Origin: Thermodesulfobacterium commune DSM 2178
GTDB taxonomy: Bacteria; Desulfobacterota; Thermodesulfobacteria; Thermodesulfobacteriales; Thermodesulfobacteriaceae
Direction: 5' to 3'
DNA: 32,000 bases
Assembly (NCBI RefSeq): GCF_000734015.1
Contig: NZ_CP008796.1
Location: forward strand, 420,001 to 452,000
The notes under the pieces are model-generated. The model ran no database searches. It was not told the origin of the DNA and saw only the letters and a list, made by a program, of their open reading frames with translations. The position numbers and the translations under genes were made by a program. Positions 1-7,963 of the stretch are shown in pieces (position 1 is the stretch's first letter; each line of letters opens with the position of its first letter).

Positions 1-433
1 ATGTTTTTTACTGTGTATAAGTTTTTTGGAAAAAATGTTTGCTCATGAGGTTAGTTATCAGGTAAGAGAAAGGGAGGGTATTTGTGTAAGTTTCTTTTTT
101 GCAGATAAATCACCGATGAACTATGCAGAGATAGAAGTTTATTCACCAGATGAAAAAATACCTTTTCAAAAAGCAAGGACTGATAAAAACGGGATTTTTT
201 GTTTTATGCCAGATAAAAAAGGTATTTGGAAGGTTATAGCGAAGGGAGAGACAGAACACGGGCTTCATAGTACAGAGATTGAAATAAAAATAAAGGATAA
301 TTTAGATATAGCTCACTTTAAGAAGCCACTTATCGCTTCCCATATAAGGTTTTTTATCGCTTTTGGAATTGCAGGGTGGATTATAGGGATAACGGGTATT
401 TATCTGTTCTTAAGGTCAAGAAAGTCTATTTAG
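1..433 (+). CDS. Partial (5' end cut by window edge) secreted beta-rich protein with a C-terminal membrane anchor; possibly a DUF4198/transthyretin-like metal-uptake component
   Basis: The reading frame is open from nt 2 (CFLLCISFLEKMFA/HEV looks like the tail of a signal peptide), so the TTG at 26 is probably not the true start. A beta-rich soluble part is followed by one TM helix (FFIAFGIAGWIIGITGIYLFL) and a basic tail. The family guess comes from architecture only. Confidence 0.5.
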   Translation, partial: CFLLCISFLEKMFAHEVSYQVREREGICVSFFFADKSPMNYAEIEVYSPDEKIPFQKARTDKNGIFCFMPDKKGIWKVIAKGETEHGLHSTEIEIKIKDNLDIAHFKKPLIASHIRFFIAFGIAGWIIGITGIYLFLRSRKSI

Positions 434-523
434 AATTGCAAAAATATTCTTACTTCGAATAACAAAAATAAAAATTAGACTCAAAAAAGAAGAGTTCTAT
501 TATTTTTAGAAAAAGAAAAAAAG

Positions 524-598
524 CGCCCCCAAGGGGATTCGAACCCCTGTCGCCGGCGTGAAAGGCCGGTGTCCTGGACCTGGCTAGACGATGGGGGC
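524..598 (-). tRNA. tRNA-Glu (anticodon UUC), 75 nt, CCA not encoded
   Basis: The reverse complement folds as a cloverleaf: acceptor GCCCCCA/TGGGGGC, anticodon stem CCGGC/GCCGG with loop CTTTCAC, T-arm GGGG-TTCGAAT-CCCC. The D-arm is like E. coli tRNA-Glu. Confidence 0.9.
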
Positions 599-611
599 AC
601 AACTCTTTATA

Positions 612-684
612 TGGGCCGGGCAGGACTCGAACCTGCGACTCTCGGCTTAAAAGGCCGATACTCTACCGACTGAGTTACCGGCCC
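612..684 (-). tRNA. tRNA-Lys (anticodon UUU), 73 nt, CCA not encoded
   Basis: Reverse complement is GGGCCGG-TA-ACTC..GAGT-A-TCGGC-CTTTTAA-GCCGA-GAGTC-GCAGG-TTCGAGT-CCTGC-CCGGCCC-A. This is a complete cloverleaf. Confidence 0.9.
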
Positions 685-706
685 ACCGTTTTTTTAAACT
701 TTTTTA

Positions 707-734
707 AATATAAACGGTTTCTTGGTTTTGTCAA
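707..734 (-). promoter_or_regulatory. Candidate sigma-70 promoter for the tRNA-Lys/tRNA-Glu pair
   Basis: On the minus strand: TTGACA (729-734, overlapping the MobB stop codon), a 16-nt spacer, then TATATT (707-712), about 22 nt upstream of the tRNA-Lys 5' end. Confidence 0.35.
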
Positions 735-1423
735 GATATGTTTTTTATTTTTACTTCTATCTCTTGGATTTCTTCTGGGACACCTTTTAAGGCTTTAACA
801 AAACCTAAAAGAGGATAGGCTAAAATGTCTGCTACAAAATCTTTAAGAGGAACCTTCTTTCCGTTAACCTTTAGTATCACCTTTTCTCTTTTCTGCTCTA
901 TAAAATCTTTTAAAAAACTCAAAAGCTCCTCTTCTTGCTCTATACTAAAAAAAGTTTCTTCAGGAAACTTGTTTTTCCACCACTCTATGTCTTCTTTCAC
1001 CACAAAACCTAAAAGATTCTTAAGTTCCTTTTTTACTAAGTTTAAATCCTCTTCTTTATCCTTTAAGACCCAAAGTTTAGGGAGAATGTCTACATTCTTG
1101 AAGCCCTCAAACAAAACTAAGTCATATCCCCAAAAAACTGATAGAAAATAACTGTACCAGTCTTTAAAAGAAGTGAGATTGTTTTTTTGAGGGTCTAAAT
1201 AAAGAGTAATTATTTTTTCCTGAAAAAGAACAACCCCAGAAGCTCCGTTTTCTCTGTAAATCCAAGTGTCTTTATTAGGTATATCCGTAAAAATTTCTTT
1301 CTCTTTACAAGATTTAACTACCCCTACCTTATATCCCTCTTCAGTTAATCTTTTAACTAAAAAAGAACCTATGGTAGTTTTTCCAGATCCACTATAACCT
1401 GATAGTGCGAGAAAACAGGGCAT
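731..1423 (-). CDS. mobB: MobB-family P-loop protein (molybdopterin-guanine dinucleotide biosynthesis adapter) with an about 100-aa C-terminal extension
   Basis: N-terminal Walker A (LSGYSGSGKTT), KVGVVK, and FEGFKNVDILPKLWV (the MobB-typical EGFK...PK). At 230 aa it is longer than the roughly 170 aa I recall for MobB. Confidence 0.7.
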   Translation of the reverse strand: MPCFLALSGYSGSGKTTIGSFLVKRLTEEGYKVGVVKSCKEKEIFTDIPNKDTWIYRENGASGVVLFQEKIITLYLDPQKNNLTSFKDWYSYFLSVFWGYDLVLFEGFKNVDILPKLWVLKDKEEDLNLVKKELKNLLGFVVKEDIEWWKNKFPEETFFSIEQEEELLSFLKDFIEQKREKVILKVNGKKVPLKDFVADILAYPLLGFVKALKGVPEEIQEIEVKIKNIS

Positions 1424-1434
1424 GATAGATGACT

Positions 1435-2118
1435 TTACAGATTGAATTCTTCACCAGGCTTTAAAGGATGTATCTTAATCTCAAGCCCATATTTTTTTAT
1501 CTCGTTTTCTAAATCTTCTACCTTACCTGAGAGCACAGGAAAAGTCCCATAATGCATAGGGATAACTACTTTAGGCCTGATAAGTTCACAAGCCTTGGCA
1601 GCCTCTTTAGGCCCCATTACGTAATGGTCTCCTATTGGTAATAAGGCTATCTCAGGGGTATAGAGTTCACCGATTAACTTCATGTCTGAAAAGACCCCGG
1701 TATCACCTGCATGATAGATGGTTAAGCCATTTTCAAGGGTGATCACAAAACCGCAGGGTTCTCCTCCGTAGCTTCCATCAGGAAAAGAAGAACTGTGTAA
1801 GGCTGGCACCATGGTAAAACTAATACCATCTGAACGATAAGTTCCACCTATGTTCATGCCTATAGCTTTAGTAGCACCTTTCCGAAGGAGATATTGCTGA
1901 ATTTCATGGATTGCGATAATTTCCCCACCTTTTTTAGAAAGGGATAAGGCTTCCCCTAAATGGTCTCCATGGGCATGGGTGATAAGGATATAGTCATAAG
2001 GACCCTGGTCAGCATCCTTAGGAGAAAGAGGATTAGTAAGCCATGGATCTATGATAATCTTTTTTCCTTTTTCTGAAACTATTTTGAAACAGGAATGGCC
2101 AAAAAAGACTAACTTCAT
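1435..2118 (-). CDS. UPF0173-family metal-dependent hydrolase (metallo-beta-lactamase fold)
   Basis: MKLVFFGHSCFKI start, HAHGDH metal motif, length 227 aa, SD AAGGTG upstream of the ATG. Confidence 0.8.
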   Translation of the reverse strand: MKLVFFGHSCFKIVSEKGKKIIIDPWLTNPLSPKDADQGPYDYILITHAHGDHLGEALSLSKKGGEIIAIHEIQQYLLRKGATKAIGMNIGGTYRSDGISFTMVPALHSSSFPDGSYGGEPCGFVITLENGLTIYHAGDTGVFSDMKLIGELYTPEIALLPIGDHYVMGPKEAAKACELIRPKVVIPMHYGTFPVLSGKVEDLENEIKKYGLEIKIHPLKPGEEFNL

Positions 2119-2148
2119 GACATCACACCTTTAATTGAAAAAATAAAG

Positions 2149-2222
2149 AGCGGGCGACGGGATTCGAACCCGCGACCTGCTGCATGGCAAGCAGCCGCTC
2201 TACCAGGCTGAGCCACGCCCGC
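2149..2222 (-). tRNA. tRNA-Gly (anticodon GCC), 74 nt, CCA not encoded
   Basis: Reverse complement is GCGGGCG-TG-GCTC..GAGC-G-GCTGC-TTGCCAT-GCAGC-AGGTC-GCGGG-TTCGAAT-CCCGT-CGCCCGC-T. Confidence 0.9.
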
Positions 2223-2237
2223 TTTCACAAGAAAATT

Positions 2238-2265
2238 ATTATAATTTATTTTTTCTTACTGTCAA
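2238..2265 (-). promoter_or_regulatory. Consensus sigma-70 promoter for tRNA-Gly
   Basis: On the minus strand: TTGACA (2260-2265), a 16-nt spacer, TATAAT (2238-2243), then 15 nt to the tRNA 5' end. Both hexamers match the consensus perfectly. Confidence 0.55.
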
Positions 2266-2272
2266 GAAGAAA

Positions 2273-3244
2273 TTACTCTTCTTTTTGTTCTGTTTGGGGT
2301 TCACCGAAGCATTCAGCTAGTTTAAGAAGTTTTTCGTATTCCTGGTTTACTCTCTCCTGGATGTAGGCTATTTGTTCAGGGGTAAGGTGTCTGAATCTTC
2401 TTTGGAGCTTGAGATATTCTTCTACAGGTTTAGGTTTATCGACTTTACGGTTGATGATGTATTTTCCGTCTATGACTTCATAGAGAGGAAAGACCCTTGT
2501 TTCTACGGCAAGTTTAGCTACAAGAAGGCTGTCTTCGCTTTTGGTCCCCCATCCGGTGGGGCAGGTTGCATAGACATGGATAAAAGCAGGTCCGTTTATT
2601 AAGGCTGCTTTTTTGACTTTATTCATGAGGTCGATAGGGAAGGCAGGGTTTGCGGTTGCGGCATAGGGTATGTTGTGAGCTACCACGATACCCATCAGGT
2701 TTTTTTTCCAGGTGGTTTGACCTTTGACGACTTTACCTGCAGGGCTTGTGGTGGTGTGTGCCCCGAAGGGGGTAGCTCCAGACCTTTGCACCCCTGTATT
2801 CATGTAGGCCTCGTTATCAAGGCAGATGTAGATAAAGTCATGACCTCTTTCAAGGGCACCTGAGAGCCACTGAAGCCCTATGTCAAAGGTAGCTCCATCT
2901 CCTGCAAACACGACCACATTTATTTTTTCTTTGGATTTAAGTTTGCCTTTACGTTTAAGAGCTTTGATGGCAGCCTCGATACCTGAGGCAACGGTGGCGG
3001 AGTTTTCGAAGGCAACATGGATCCAGGGTACATTCCAGGAGGTATAGGGGAAGGGGCTTGAGACGATTTCCATGCAACCTGTTGCAGTGACAGCGATGGT
3101 ATTGGGACCAAGAGCCTTTAGGGCGAGCCTTAGAGGAAGCACGGTGCCACAACCCTGGCAGGCTCTATGGCCCTGAGCAAAGCCTTCATATTCAGGTAAG
3201 TTTTTTAAGGTAAAACCTTTAAAGTTTTTGAGTTCTGGTCTCAT
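2273..3244 (-). CDS. porB: 2-oxoacid (pyruvate/2-ketoisovalerate):ferredoxin oxidoreductase, beta (TPP-binding) subunit
   Basis: CQGCG near the N-terminus, GDG...N TPP-binding region (FAGDGATFDIG...LDNEAYMNTG), and position as the last gene of a gamma-delta-alpha-beta operon. SD AAGGAG upstream. Confidence 0.85.
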   Translation of the reverse strand: MRPELKNFKGFTLKNLPEYEGFAQGHRACQGCGTVLPLRLALKALGPNTIAVTATGCMEIVSSPFPYTSWNVPWIHVAFENSATVASGIEAAIKALKRKGKLKSKEKINVVVFAGDGATFDIGLQWLSGALERGHDFIYICLDNEAYMNTGVQRSGATPFGAHTTTSPAGKVVKGQTTWKKNLMGIVVAHNIPYAATANPAFPIDLMNKVKKAALINGPAFIHVYATCPTGWGTKSEDSLLVAKLAVETRVFPLYEVIDGKYIINRKVDKPKPVEEYLKLQRRFRHLTPEQIAYIQERVNQEYEKLLKLAECFGEPQTEQKEE

Positions 3245-3248
3245 AGGC

Positions 3249-4418
3249 TTACTCCTTTACACCGTAGATTTCATATGGTGTGGTTGGTTTTTTACTTAAG
3301 GTTTCAAAGGTTTTTTCGAAGATTTCAACAAAGTCTTCTTTGGTAACATCTCTACCGCTAAGACCGGCAATCAGGTTAAGGACACGAGGTCTTTTGTTGG
3401 ATTGATACAGGGCAGAGCGTACCTCTATACCTACTGGGCCCCCTGTTGCACCATGACTGACAGCCCTGTCAACCACGCAAAGGGCTTTGACTTTACCGAT
3501 GGCTTTAAGGAAGTCTTTGGTGGGGAAGGGTCTCCAGAGTCTGATTCTTACCACACCTACTTTTTTACCTTTAGCCCTGAGGATATCAACGGCATTCATG
3601 GCGTTTTCAGCAAGGCTACCCATGATGACGATAGCTACCTCAGCATCTTCCATCTGATAGGTTTCAACAGGGAGATACCTTCTTCCGGTAAGTTTTTCGA
3701 AATCTTTCCAGGCTTGAAGGATTATTTTATAGCTGGCTTTAAGGGCCTCATCCTGAGCTTTTTTAGCTTCAGTATAGATTTCAGGGACACCGATAGCACC
3801 TATGGTTATAGGGTTTTTGGGGTCAAGTTTGTATTTCATTTTAAGGGGTGGTAGGTATTTATCGAGTAAGTTTTGGTCTAAGAAGGTGACAGGTTCGACC
3901 ACATGGGAGAGGATGAATCCATCGATGTTTACGGCAACAGGAAGCAGGGCTTTTTCGGCGACTTTATAGGCATGGTAGATGAGGTCAACGGCTTCTTGAC
4001 CGTTTTCAGCAAAGAAATGGATCCAGCCAGCATCTCTCATGGACATCACATCAGAGTGGTCGTTCCAGATGCTGATAGGTGCTGAGACTGAGCGGTTGAC
4101 AAGAGCCATGACGATAGGGAGGCGTAGACCAGATGCGATGAAGAGGTTTTCATACATGAGGAGCAGGCCTTGAGCAGAGGTAGAGGTGAAGGTACGAGCA
4201 CCTGTTGCGGCAGCCCCGATACAGGCACTCATGGCAGCGTGTTCTGATTCAACAGGGATGTATTCGGCATCGAGTTCACCGTTGTTAACAAGTTCAGCGA
4301 GGTGTTCTACGATGTGGGTTTGAGGGGTAATGGGGTAGGCTGAGATGACGTCTACGTTGCATTGTGCGACAGCCTCAGCCACGGCAACAGAGACTTCTTT
4401 GGCGACTTTTTTAGTCAT
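3249..4418 (-). CDS. porA: 2-oxoacid:ferredoxin oxidoreductase, alpha subunit
   Basis: N-terminal AVAEAV...VISAYPITPQT motif, 389 aa, SD GAGGAGG, tight coupling to the flanking subunits. Confidence 0.85.
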   Translation of the reverse strand: MTKKVAKEVSVAVAEAVAQCNVDVISAYPITPQTHIVEHLAELVNNGELDAEYIPVESEHAAMSACIGAAATGARTFTSTSAQGLLLMYENLFIASGLRLPIVMALVNRSVSAPISIWNDHSDVMSMRDAGWIHFFAENGQEAVDLIYHAYKVAEKALLPVAVNIDGFILSHVVEPVTFLDQNLLDKYLPPLKMKYKLDPKNPITIGAIGVPEIYTEAKKAQDEALKASYKIILQAWKDFEKLTGRRYLPVETYQMEDAEVAIVIMGSLAENAMNAVDILRAKGKKVGVVRIRLWRPFPTKDFLKAIGKVKALCVVDRAVSHGATGGPVGIEVRSALYQSNKRPRVLNLIAGLSGRDVTKEDFVEIFEKTFETLSKKPTTPYEIYGVKE

Positions 4419-4419
4419 G

Positions 4420-4713
4420 TTATTCCTCCTCTAAGACCATAGTAATGGCTTTTTTAGGGCAGTTAGCGGCACAGATGCCGCAGCCTTTGCAGTAGAAAAG
4501 ATTACAGATGAAGAAGCCATCCTGGTCTTGTTGATAGCAGATGTCAGGGCAGAGGATGTAGCACATACCGCATTTGATGCATTTCTCTTTATCAAGGACA
4601 GGCCTAAAGGCTCTCCAGTCACCGGTTTTAAATTTTTTAGAGTTACCTGGTTCGAGGATATACATACCAGGTGCAAGTTCTTTCCAGCCCATAAGACCCT
4701 GATCTTTTGGCAT
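4420..4713 (-). CDS. porD: 2-oxoacid:ferredoxin oxidoreductase, delta subunit (2x[4Fe-4S] ferredoxin-like)
   Basis: Two cysteine clusters (CIKCGMCYILCP and CKGCGICAANCP), 97 aa, SD AAGGAG. Confidence 0.85.
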   Translation of the reverse strand: MPKDQGLMGWKELAPGMYILEPGNSKKFKTGDWRAFRPVLDKEKCIKCGMCYILCPDICYQQDQDGFFICNLFYCKGCGICAANCPKKAITMVLEEE

Positions 4714-4726
4714 GGCTTAACTCCTT

Positions 4727-5275
4727 TTAATAGATTTTGGTTTCATCGATAGCCCTTTTGAGGGCTTTGATGTTTTTTTCGGCTAAGCGACCGAAGCGAG
4801 CGGTGATAGCTTGTTCGATGGCATCAAGAGAGACAAGACCTGTAGCTTTAAGGAAGGCACCGAGCATGGTGGTGTTGGTGATGGGTAGTCCCAGTTCTTC
4901 GATGGCGATTTTGGTAGCATCAACGACAGCGATTTTACCCTGGAAGTTATGAAGGAGTTTACGGAGTTCAGGTTCAGGGAGATGGGAGTTAAGGATGGCG
5001 ATACCAGAGGGTTTAAGGCCTTGGGTTACGTTAACGATTTTGGGTAGGGTAGGGTCAAGGACGAGGATTACGTCAGGTTCATAGATTTTTTCTCTTGAGC
5101 GGATAGGGTTTTTGTCGATTCTTGCGAAGGCTTGAACAGGAGCTCCCCTTCTTTCAGGGCCAAAACTTGGGAAGGCTTGGGCATAATCTCCCTGGGAGAT
5201 GGCAGCAACCGCGATAAGCTCAGCAGAGGTAACTGCCCCCTGCCCACCTCTTCCATGCAATCTAATCTCAACCAT
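4727..5275 (-). CDS. porC: 2-oxoacid:ferredoxin oxidoreductase, gamma subunit
   Basis: IRLHGRGGQG start typical of gamma subunits, 182 aa, SD GAGGTGGG, first gene of the operon. Confidence 0.85.
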   Translation of the reverse strand: MVEIRLHGRGGQGAVTSAELIAVAAISQGDYAQAFPSFGPERRGAPVQAFARIDKNPIRSREKIYEPDVILVLDPTLPKIVNVTQGLKPSGIAILNSHLPEPELRKLLHNFQGKIAVVDATKIAIEELGLPITNTTMLGAFLKATGLVSLDAIEQAITARFGRLAEKNIKALKRAIDETKIY

Positions 5276-5325
5276 GTCCCACCTCGTTTTTAATTATTCT
5301 ATTTTATTTGAAATAATTTACTATG

Positions 5326-5355
5326 ATTATAAAAAAAAATAAAGTGTCTTGTTAA
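5326..5355 (-). promoter_or_regulatory. Candidate sigma-70 promoter of the por operon
   Basis: On the minus strand: TTAACA (5350-5355), an 18-nt spacer, TATAAT (5326-5331), about 50 nt upstream of the porC ATG. Confidence 0.35.
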
Positions 5356-5538
5356 AAAAATCACAAATCTGAAAAACCATTTAACTGGAGAAATTTAATG
5401 GCAGAAAGACCTTTTACCTCAAAGGTAAAAATTTTTGAAAAAACACTTTACAAAATCAAAAAAATATGTTTAAAAATTAAAAAATTCTATAGTTTTTAGT
5501 AGAAAAATTTTGATAGTTTATCATAAGGGGTAAAAAAT

Positions 5539-6450
5539 ATGAAGAGGAGACATTTTTTAAGAGTTTGTGACTTCGATAGAGAGGAGATTTGGATTTTATT
5601 ATCAAGAGCTCTTGAGTTTAAAACCAAGGGCTACCCTCAGGATTCTTTAAAAGGTAAAATATTGGGGTTGATTTTTGAAAAACCCTCTACCAGAACGCGT
5701 CTTTCTTTTGAATCAGCGATGATAAAACTGGGTGGAAATAGTTTATTTCTTTCTTCAAGAGACTTACAGCTTGCTCGAGGAGAGCCCATCAAGGATACCG
5801 CAAGGGTTCTTTCCAGGTATTTAGACGCTATTGTTTTAAGAACTTATAGCCATCAGACGATAGAAGAGTTTGCCAAGTATGCAACCATTCCTGTAATTAA
5901 TGGGCTTTCTGACCTTCATCATCCCTGTCAAGCCCTTTCTGATATTTTAACGGTAATAGAAAAAGGCAGAGATCTTGCTAAAGAAAAGGTGGTTTGGATA
6001 GGTGATGGAAACAACGTGGCTTGTTCCTGGATAGAAGCAGCCGCAGTTCTTGGTTTTAAAATCACTGTAGCTTCTCCTCAGGGCTATGAACCACCTAAGG
6101 ATTTTATAGAAGAGTTAAAACAAAAGTATAATTTACAGATAGAAATCTTACACGACCCAAAAGAAGCGGTAAAAGGGGCTACCGTTATCAATACTGATGT
6201 TTGGATTAGTATGGGGCAAGACGAAGAGGCTCAAACCAGAAAAAAAGTTTTTCAACCCTATCAAGTTAACGCAGACCTTATAAAGCTTGCCAGTCCAGAG
6301 GCTATCGTGTTACACTGCTTGCCAGCTCATCGAGGAGAAGAAATTACAGAAGAAGTTTTAGAAGGTGAATATTCCGTAGTTTGGGATCAAGCAGAAAATA
6401 AGATGTGGTTTCATATGGCTCTGCTTGAATTTTTATTAAAGCATGGTTAA
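5539..6450 (+). CDS. argF: Ornithine carbamoyltransferase
   Basis: STRTR carbamoyl-phosphate motif, HPCQ, DVWISMG (ornithine-binding SMG loop), HCLPAHRGEE. SD AAGGGG. Confidence 0.9.
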   Translation: MKRRHFLRVCDFDREEIWILLSRALEFKTKGYPQDSLKGKILGLIFEKPSTRTRLSFESAMIKLGGNSLFLSSRDLQLARGEPIKDTARVLSRYLDAIVLRTYSHQTIEEFAKYATIPVINGLSDLHHPCQALSDILTVIEKGRDLAKEKVVWIGDGNNVACSWIEAAAVLGFKITVASPQGYEPPKDFIEELKQKYNLQIEILHDPKEAVKGATVINTDVWISMGQDEEAQTRKKVFQPYQVNADLIKLASPEAIVLHCLPAHRGEEITEEVLEGEYSVVWDQAENKMWFHMALLEFLLKHG

Positions 6451-6488
6451 ATTTTTTAGTAAAATACTAAAATTTATTGGGGGAAAGT

Positions 6489-6971
6489 ATGGGAGAAATT
6501 AGAGAAGATTTTTATGTTAAAATTTTCTATCGTTTAGGTCTTGAAGAGGAAAAAGCTCCAGAATGGTTTTCTCAGGGGCTTGAAACCTCTTTTATTTTAG
6601 GAAGGGAGCCTATTCCTAAGGTTATAGAAGAGGCGATTTTAGGTAAAAAAGAAGGAGACGAAGTTAAAATAGTGCTTCCTCCTGAGTCAGCTTATGGGCC
6701 ACATCTTCCTTATTTAATAAAAGAGGTAGAGATGAGCAGTCTTAAGCATCCGGAAAAAGTAAAGGTAGGGGAATGGTATGATGAAGTAAGTCCTTATGGA
6801 GCAAGGATTTCGTTTAAAGTCCTTGAGGTCAACGGGGATAAAATAAAAGCAGATTTCAACCATCCTGCCGCAGGTAAAAATGTGGTGATTACTCTTAAAG
6901 TGTTAGAGGCAAGACCAGCTACTCCCTATGAAATCATGGCTGCTGAGATAAAAGCTTGTTCTGGAGGTTGA
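6489..6971 (+). CDS. slyD: FKBP-type peptidyl-prolyl cis-trans isomerase, SlyD-like
   Basis: FKBP core with an insert-in-flap-like region (GDEVKIVLPPESAYGPH ... GDKIKADFNHPAAGK) and a C-terminal Cys (KACSGG). I prefer the ATG at 6489 (GGGGGA 5 nt upstream) to the track's TTG at 6477. Confidence 0.7.
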   Translation: MGEIREDFYVKIFYRLGLEEEKAPEWFSQGLETSFILGREPIPKVIEEAILGKKEGDEVKIVLPPESAYGPHLPYLIKEVEMSSLKHPEKVKVGEWYDEVSPYGARISFKVLEVNGDKIKADFNHPAAGKNVVITLKVLEARPATPYEIMAAEIKACSGG

Positions 6972-6983
6972 AGATAGGTTTTA

Positions 6984-7001
6984 CCAGAGAGGTTTCTCTG
7001 G
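6984..7001 (+). other. Perfect 7-bp hairpin (CCAGAGA-GGTT-TCTCTGG) between slyD and the first ABC ATPase
   Basis: Seen directly in the sequence. No U-tract follows, so it is not a canonical intrinsic terminator. It could be an mRNA stability or processing element. Confidence 0.3.
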
Positions 7002-7012
7002 AGACTTAGAGG

Positions 7013-7963
7013 GTGAATCCTTTTTTAGTAGTAAAGGACCTTACCTTAGGGTTAACCTATAAGCGCGTTCCTTTAGTAGAAAAGGTAAGTTTTGAGGTCA
7101 AAAAAGGTGAGGTCCTTGGAGTTTTAGGAGAAAGTGGATGTGGGAAAACCTTAACAGGGTTTTCTCTCCTTAGACTTTTTCCTCCCGGAATTTCTTACTA
7201 TTCAGGCGAAGTTTGGATAGATGGAATTCCTATCTATTCTTTAAAAGAGAAAGAACTTTGTCAAATACGAGGTAAAAAAGTCGCTATAATTTTACAAGAT
7301 CCTTTAAGTTCCTTAAACCCGGTTTTATCTATCAAAGAACAATTAGAGGAAGTCTTTAAAGCCCATCGACCTGAGCTTACTAAGAAAGAACGTTTCGAGA
7401 AGATGGTGGATCTTTTAAGAGAAGTTGGGATTTCAGACCCAGAGATACGATTAAAAAGTTATCCCCATCAGCTTTCTGGAGGGTTGAGACAAAGGATAAT
7501 GATAGCCATAGCTCTTGCCGGAGATCCTGAAATTTTGGTAGCCGATGAACCTACTACTGCCATCGACCCAACCTTGCAAATACAGGTTTTAAACTTGTTA
7601 AAAAGACTAAACAGAGAAAGAGGTTTAACGATAGTTTTTATTTCTCATGATTTAGGGGTTATAAGATGGATAGCTCACAGGGTTGCTGTTTTTTATGCAG
7701 GAGAAATAGTAGAGCTTGCACCGATAGAAAGGTTATTTCTTACTCCTTTACATCCCTATACGCAGGCTTTAATAAACTCCTATCCTAAAGAAGGGAAGTT
7801 TAAGGTAGATTTAAAAGGAGGGGTGGTAGAACTTTCTAAAAAGCCCGAAGGTTGTTATTATCAGCTTCGTTGTGATAATCCCTGTGAAAAAGGTAAAACT
7901 TATCATCCTCAATTGTTAGAGGTTGTTCCTCAACATTGGGTGAGATGTTTTAGGTATGAATAA
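7013..7963 (+). CDS. Dpp/Opp/Nik-family ABC transporter ATP-binding protein (D-type)
   Basis: Walker A GESGCGKT, signature LSGGLRQR, Walker B ILVADEPT, and a C-terminal Cys-rich oligopeptide-transporter tail (CYYQLRCDNPC...C). GTG start after GAGGG. Confidence 0.8.
   Translation: MNPFLVVKDLTLGLTYKRVPLVEKVSFEVKKGEVLGVLGESGCGKTLTGFSLLRLFPPGISYYSGEVWIDGIPIYSLKEKELCQIRGKKVAIILQDPLSSLNPVLSIKEQLEEVFKAHRPELTKKERFEKMVDLLREVGISDPEIRLKSYPHQLSGGLRQRIMIAIALAGDPEILVADEPTTAIDPTLQIQVLNLLKRLNRERGLTIVFISHDLGVIRWIAHRVAVFYAGEIVELAPIERLFLTPLHPYTQALINSYPKEGKFKVDLKGGVVELSKKPEGCYYQLRCDNPCEKGKTYHPQLLEVVPQHWVRCFRYE

Noticed and set aside
2184-2366. Track ORF of 60 aa on the plus strand.
   Set aside because: It overlaps tRNA-Gly, its consensus promoter and the 3' end of porB on the opposite strand. 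It has no motifs.
3402-3854. Antisense or alternative-frame track ORFs lie inside well-supported genes. They are 825-1151, 2372-2602, 2675-2863, 2920-3152, 3402-3854, 3903-4228, 4431-4752, 4737-5271, 7978-8265, 10074-10313, 11182-11430, 13069-13317, 19508-19804, 20372-20596, 21183-21377, 23393-23829, 24978-25415, 26915-27133, 28350-28535 and 31304-31504.
   Set aside because: They are shadow ORFs of genes with strong family motifs on the other strand or frame. They have low-complexity or Ser/Leu/Lys-rich translations and no SD sequences.
5398-5499. A 33-codon ORF (MAERPFTSKVKIFEKTLYKIKKICLKIKKFYSF) with a GGAG 7 nt upstream lies in the por/argF spacer. I considered it as a leader peptide.
   Set aside because: It has only one Arg codon, so it is not an arginine attenuator. 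The Lys/Ile/Phe-rich composition is what AT-rich non-coding DNA translates to. There is no terminator/antiterminator structure.
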